Source of the DNA: a bacterium
GTDB taxonomy: Bacteria > JADJOY01
Direction of reading: 5' to 3'
Assembly: GCA_046331705.1 (NCBI GenBank)
Contig: JAXLQJ010000033.1
Coordinates: 62,001-82,031, forward strand
DNA: 20,031 nt
Part shown: positions 16,431-20,031 of the stretch, piece after piece
Position numbering within the stretch: position 1 is the first letter of the stretch
How the letters are laid out: the number at the start of each line of letters is the position of its first letter
Translations under genes and position numbers: made by a program
The notes under the pieces: generated by a model
Seen by the model: only the letters and a program-made list of their open reading frames with translations
The model's database searches: none
Told to the model about the DNA's origin: nothing

Positions 16431-18905
16431 ATGGACTTCGTCTTTCCACTCGGCGAGCTCTGGCATCTCGCCGGACATCCGACGCTCGACGCCTACGCGG
16501 TCGTGACCGCGATCGTGCCGATCCTCGGCACGCTGGTCGTCACCGTGGTCTCGGCAGCGCTGTTCGTGGTGATGCTGGGCTTCGGCATCACCGTGACCGG
16601 CCGCTTCCTCTACTCGTCGGTGCTCTTCGTCGTGGTGTTCGGGCTGGTGGCGGGCGGGCTTCGGTTGAACGCGGCGCTGCGCCGGCGCATGCGGCCGCCG
16701 TTGGTGACCCCGCTCGCGTCCGTCGGCAGCATCGGCTGGTCGGCGCGAGACGTGGGTCACAAGGCGGCGAATCTCGCGGGCTTCGCCGCAGCCGGCGCGC
16801 GCGTGCCGATGGGCTGGGTGGTCACGGCGGATGCGTTCGAGCGGTTCTTGCGCCACAACCGGCTCACGCCGACGAGTGACGAGGATCCGAGCTTCGCGGA
16901 CCGGATTCGCGGCGGCACGGTGCCGCGCCGATTGCTGCGCCGCCTGGAGCGCACGCTGGTGTCCTCGGCTGCGCGCCACTTCCTGCTGCGCTCGTCGTTC
17001 GCCGACGAGGATCGCGGCGACCGAGCGTTTCCCGGCGTCTACGAGTCGGTCCCGTGGGACGCGAGCGCGGGTCGCGCAGCGCTCGGGACCGCGCTCAAGG
17101 AGGTCTGGGCCTCCTACTGGTCGGAGCGCGCCGTGGAGTACCGCACCGCGGCCGGTCCCGGCGCGCCGCCGCTGCGCCGCCTCGCGGTGCTCGCCAACGT
17201 CCGGGTAGCGCACGACGATCTCGGGTTCGGCTCGTCCGCCGACGTGCGCAGCGGCTTCACCGAGCGGCACCTGGTGGAGCGAGCCACCGAGGGTCGCGAG
17301 CACACCTCCATGCACGCGCTGCTACCCAACGTGGTCACCGAGCTGGCCGGCGCGCCGGGATCGGCGCTGGACGGCGGGCTGGTGCGCCAGATCTCCCAGC
17401 TCGCCGGACGCGCGGAGCTCTTGCTCGGCCGCCCGGTCGAGATCGAATGGGGCTCGGCGGACGGACGCGTGCTCATCTACCAGATCCGCCCGCTCACCTC
17501 GCTGCCGCGGCGCAAGACGTACACCAACTCGTACGTCGCCGACACACCGCGCTACGCGCTCACGCCGCTCTCCTGGTGGTTCGTGTTCGGCGACGAGCCC
17601 CCTGCGCGGCTGGTGAGCGCGGGGCTCGAGCGCCTCGGGCTCGGTGGCCTCGCCGACGACGACGTCCGCGTCCATCACGGCGTTCTCTACCTGCGCTGGG
17701 AGCGCTTCAAGCCGCTCTTCGTCGGCCATCAGCTCTCCGACATGCCCACCAGCACCGCGCTCAAGGTGCTGGTCGTGCTCGCGCGCGCCGGAGCGCGCCG
17801 GCGCCAGAGCCTCGCGCCGCCGCCGATCCCGAGCGCGCCGCCGGCGCAGCTCGACGCCGCGGCGCTGCTCGCGCGCATCGAGCGGCTGCGCGAGGAACGA
17901 TTGCTGCCGCTCACCCGCGCGCAGGCGCTCGCGGTGCAGGCGGCGGCGATCGTGGACGGGCTGCTGCGCCAGATCCTGGGCGCCGGCGCCGTTCCCGCGC
18001 CGCGGGTGGCGACGCCGCTCACCGAGCTGGCGCGAGCCGAGCCCGCCTCCAGCGATGCAGCCGAGCGCATCCGAACGGTCTGGTTCATCGCCGATCGCGA
18101 GGCGGAGATCTCCGCGATGCGCGCCATCGACTTCCCGGAAGCGTTCCTGATGCGCGTCGGCCTCGAGGGTGACGGCGCGAGCGCTGGGCTCTCGACCCCG
18201 GCTCACCAGGCGACGCCTCGCGCTCCGCTCAAGCGCCCGGTGCGATTCCTGGTCCGATTGCGCGACCGGCTGCTCACCGAGCGCGAGTGGATCAACGCCC
18301 ACATCAACGCCCTCGACTACGAGGCGCGGCTGATCGCCGAGCGGCTCTCCGCGCGCGTCGCGGAGAGCGTCGACACCTGGGAGCCGAGCGACGTCTATTA
18401 CCTCACGCCGCCCGAGATCCGATCGCTCCTCGCGCAACGCGTCGACCTCGCGGGAATCCGCCACACGATCCGGCAGCGGCGCGCGGTGCACGCGCGCGAA
18501 TCGAGCTTCGACCATCCGGCGGTGATCCACGTCGACGAGCGCGGCACGGTGGTCACCGAGCCGCCGCTGGCCTTCGGCCCCGACGTGCTCACGATCGGCA
18601 TCCCGCTCGGCGGGGGGACGGTGCGGGCACCGGTGCGCGTGCTGCGCAGCGGCGCGCTGGTGTCGCCGCAGAGCGTCGTGGGCCAGATCGTGGTGTTGCC
18701 CGATCCCGCGGCGATCTGGACCGGCGTGGCGTCCCGGGCCGCCGGGCTGCTCTTCGCCCGCGGCGGGCCGCTCTCGCACCTGGCGATCTGGTGCCGCGAG
18801 CGCGGCATTCCCACGATCGTGGCGCCGCGACGCATCTACGAGCTGGTTCGCGACGGCGACATGCTCTCGATCGACGCCGATCGCGGCGAGGTGCGGCGTG
18901 CTTGA
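16431..18905 (+). CDS. PEP/pyruvate-binding (ATP-grasp) + PEP-utilizing phospho-His swivel protein (rifampin-phosphotransferase-like architecture) with N-terminal transmembrane segments, ~824 aa
   Basis: VGHKAANLA...VPMGWVVTADAF, LRSSFADED...AFPGVYES and EIEWG...IYQIRPLT (PPDK N-domain). C-terminal GGPLSHLAIWCRERGIPTIV...DGDMLSIDADRGEV, with the His codon at 18777. Hydrophobic N-terminus. Start ATG 16431, or GTG 16347. Confidence 0.85.
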   Translation: MDFVFPLGELWHLAGHPTLDAYAVVTAIVPILGTLVVTVVSAALFVVMLGFGITVTGRFLYSSVLFVVVFGLVAGGLRLNAALRRRMRPPLVTPLASVGSIGWSARDVGHKAANLAGFAAAGARVPMGWVVTADAFERFLRHNRLTPTSDEDPSFADRIRGGTVPRRLLRRLERTLVSSAARHFLLRSSFADEDRGDRAFPGVYESVPWDASAGRAALGTALKEVWASYWSERAVEYRTAAGPGAPPLRRLAVLANVRVAHDDLGFGSSADVRSGFTERHLVERATEGREHTSMHALLPNVVTELAGAPGSALDGGLVRQISQLAGRAELLLGRPVEIEWGSADGRVLIYQIRPLTSLPRRKTYTNSYVADTPRYALTPLSWWFVFGDEPPARLVSAGLERLGLGGLADDDVRVHHGVLYLRWERFKPLFVGHQLSDMPTSTALKVLVVLARAGARRRQSLAPPPIPSAPPAQLDAAALLARIERLREERLLPLTRAQALAVQAAAIVDGLLRQILGAGAVPAPRVATPLTELARAEPASSDAAERIRTVWFIADREAEISAMRAIDFPEAFLMRVGLEGDGASAGLSTPAHQATPRAPLKRPVRFLVRLRDRLLTEREWINAHINALDYEARLIAERLSARVAESVDTWEPSDVYYLTPPEIRSLLAQRVDLAGIRHTIRQRRAVHARESSFDHPAVIHVDERGTVVTEPPLAFGPDVLTIGIPLGGGTVRAPVRVLRSGALVSPQSVVGQIVVLPDPAAIWTGVASRAAGLLFARGGPLSHLAIWCRERGIPTIVAPRRIYELVRDGDMLSIDADRGEVRRA

Positions 18906-20031
18906 TGCCGCGAGCCTGGCACTGCTCTTGATCGTGCTGCTGCCCGAGCGCGCGCTCGCGGCCGCGTTTCGCAATCGCAAGCGCTGGCGCATTCTCCACG
19001 CGACGATCGTCGGCGTCTCGTTCCCGGTGTTGTTCGTCCATCAGACACCGGCCGGCATCGATCGCACCGTCGGGCCGCTGCTGCTCGCCACCGTGCTCTC
19101 GACGTTCGTGTGGCTCTTCGCCGAGCTGGTGTGGCGCTGGGCCGAGCATCCGGGCTCGGCGCGCACGGCGACGCTGTGGGGCGCGGTGGCAGCGGTGTGG
19201 AGCCTGCCGATCGGCGTCGTGCCGCTCGCTCGCGACCCCGATCACGTGCCGTTCTGGCTGATCGACATCTTCGACAAGTTCTTCTTCGGCGCGCCCATGC
19301 CGTTGCTCGCTCGCCTGCACCTGGAAGCGGGCGCCGGACCGGCGCTCGAGCAACTGACCCCCATGCTCTTGTTCCTCTCGCGCAGCATGGTCGGGATCGC
19401 GTTCGCCGGGAATCTGGCGCTCGTGGCGCTCGCCTACGAGGTGCTGCGCGGCAAGGTCCCGAGCCTGCCGCCGCGCGTGTCGCAGATCGAAGGCCGCGTG
19501 CCGGCGCCGTTCGCGCTGCTGTGGCCCATCGCCACCGCGTACGAGCTGTGGTTCGGTCGCATTCCGGCATGGACGGCGTGTCAGCAGATCGGCCAAGCGC
19601 TGTGCGGCATCTCGGGCATCTGGATCCTCTACTTGTTCTCGGCGAGCCGGCGCCGGCTGCGCATCGCGTTCTGGTCGATGGCCGCCGTGCACGTGCTGAT
19701 CCCGGAGCTCTTCTGGATCCCCTGCTCGGTGGGCTGCATCAACGCGTTCGCCCGGCTGACCCAGTTCGCGCGGCTTTACACCCGGGTCCACGAATCCGTC
19801 GGCGAACGGATCGAGCGCTTCCTCTCCTTCGTCCGCAGCATGACCCGGCCGCTGCCCGTGATCGCGTGTCTCGTGCTGGTGCACGCGCCGCGGCTCTATT
19901 TCCTGGACGACGTGTGGGTGGGACGCTTGAAGCGACCGGCGCCGAGCCCCGCCGCCGCCAGCGCGACACCCGCCGACATGGTGAGGATCGACTGCGAGGG
20001 GACTTCCTTCGACATCGACCGCTACGAGTTC
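18898..20031 (+). CDS. Polytopic membrane protein, 3'-partial, ending at the start of a probable FGE-sulfatase/SUMF1-like domain
   Basis: Absent from the ORF track because it has no stop. I translated frame 1 from GTG 18898 (8-bp overlap with the upstream gene): it stays open for 378 codons to the window end. MLDAASLALLLIVLLPE... carries many hydrophobic helices, then a Pro/Ala linker and PADMVRIDCEGTSFDIDRYEF. Confidence 0.8.
   Translation, partial: MLDAASLALLLIVLLPERALAAAFRNRKRWRILHATIVGVSFPVLFVHQTPAGIDRTVGPLLLATVLSTFVWLFAELVWRWAEHPGSARTATLWGAVAAVWSLPIGVVPLARDPDHVPFWLIDIFDKFFFGAPMPLLARLHLEAGAGPALEQLTPMLLFLSRSMVGIAFAGNLALVALAYEVLRGKVPSLPPRVSQIEGRVPAPFALLWPIATAYELWFGRIPAWTACQQIGQALCGISGIWILYLFSASRRRLRIAFWSMAAVHVLIPELFWIPCSVGCINAFARLTQFARLYTRVHESVGERIERFLSFVRSMTRPLPVIACLVLVHAPRLYFLDDVWVGRLKRPAPSPAAASATPADMVRIDCEGTSFDIDRYEF

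Noticed and set aside
16431-18905. Calling the gene ppsA, ppdK or rph
   Set aside because: It lacks the C-terminal PEP-binding barrel of PpsA/PpdK. The central domain cannot be shown to bind rifamycin, and the TM N-terminus is atypical for RPH.
12354-19884. Long alternative-frame and antisense ORFs (e.g. 12354-14660 +, 13006-15030 -, 15139-16212 -, 17322-18992 -, 18589-19884 -)
   Set aside because: Arg/Ala/Gly-rich translations without motifs that overlap well-supported genes. These are typical shadow ORFs of high-GC DNA.

Overview
High-GC bacterial DNA in two parts. Left part (1-11400, all + strand, tightly packed): a probable anti-phage defence locus. It holds (i) the 3' part of a large N6-adenine methyltransferase of Type IIG/Eco57I/DrmMI-like style, with a low-GC specificity region and a wHTH tail, broken by several single-base indels that look like sequencing errors; (ii) a large PIN-fold protein; (iii) an AlbA_2/Schlafen + HATPase_c_4 + wHTH protein; and (iv) a ~1770-aa SF2 helicase with several Zn ribbons, a DUF1998-type domain and a C-terminal Vsr/DUF559-like nuclease (DruE-like or fused DrmAB-like). 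Helically phased ATTGGCTCAT direct repeats lie in front of the helicase. Right part (11385-20031): apparent host backbone with a short C4 zinc-ribbon gene, a PTS EIIA (PtsN-like) gene, a lipoprotein alpha/beta hydrolase divergent from a SNF2 helicase, a membrane-anchored PEP-synthase/rifampin-phosphotransferase-like dikinase, and a coupled polytopic membrane protein that runs off the window at the start of a probable FGE/SUMF1-like domain. I saw no tRNA, rRNA, CRISPR array, integrase or transposase. All family calls come from reading motifs by eye; no searches were run.
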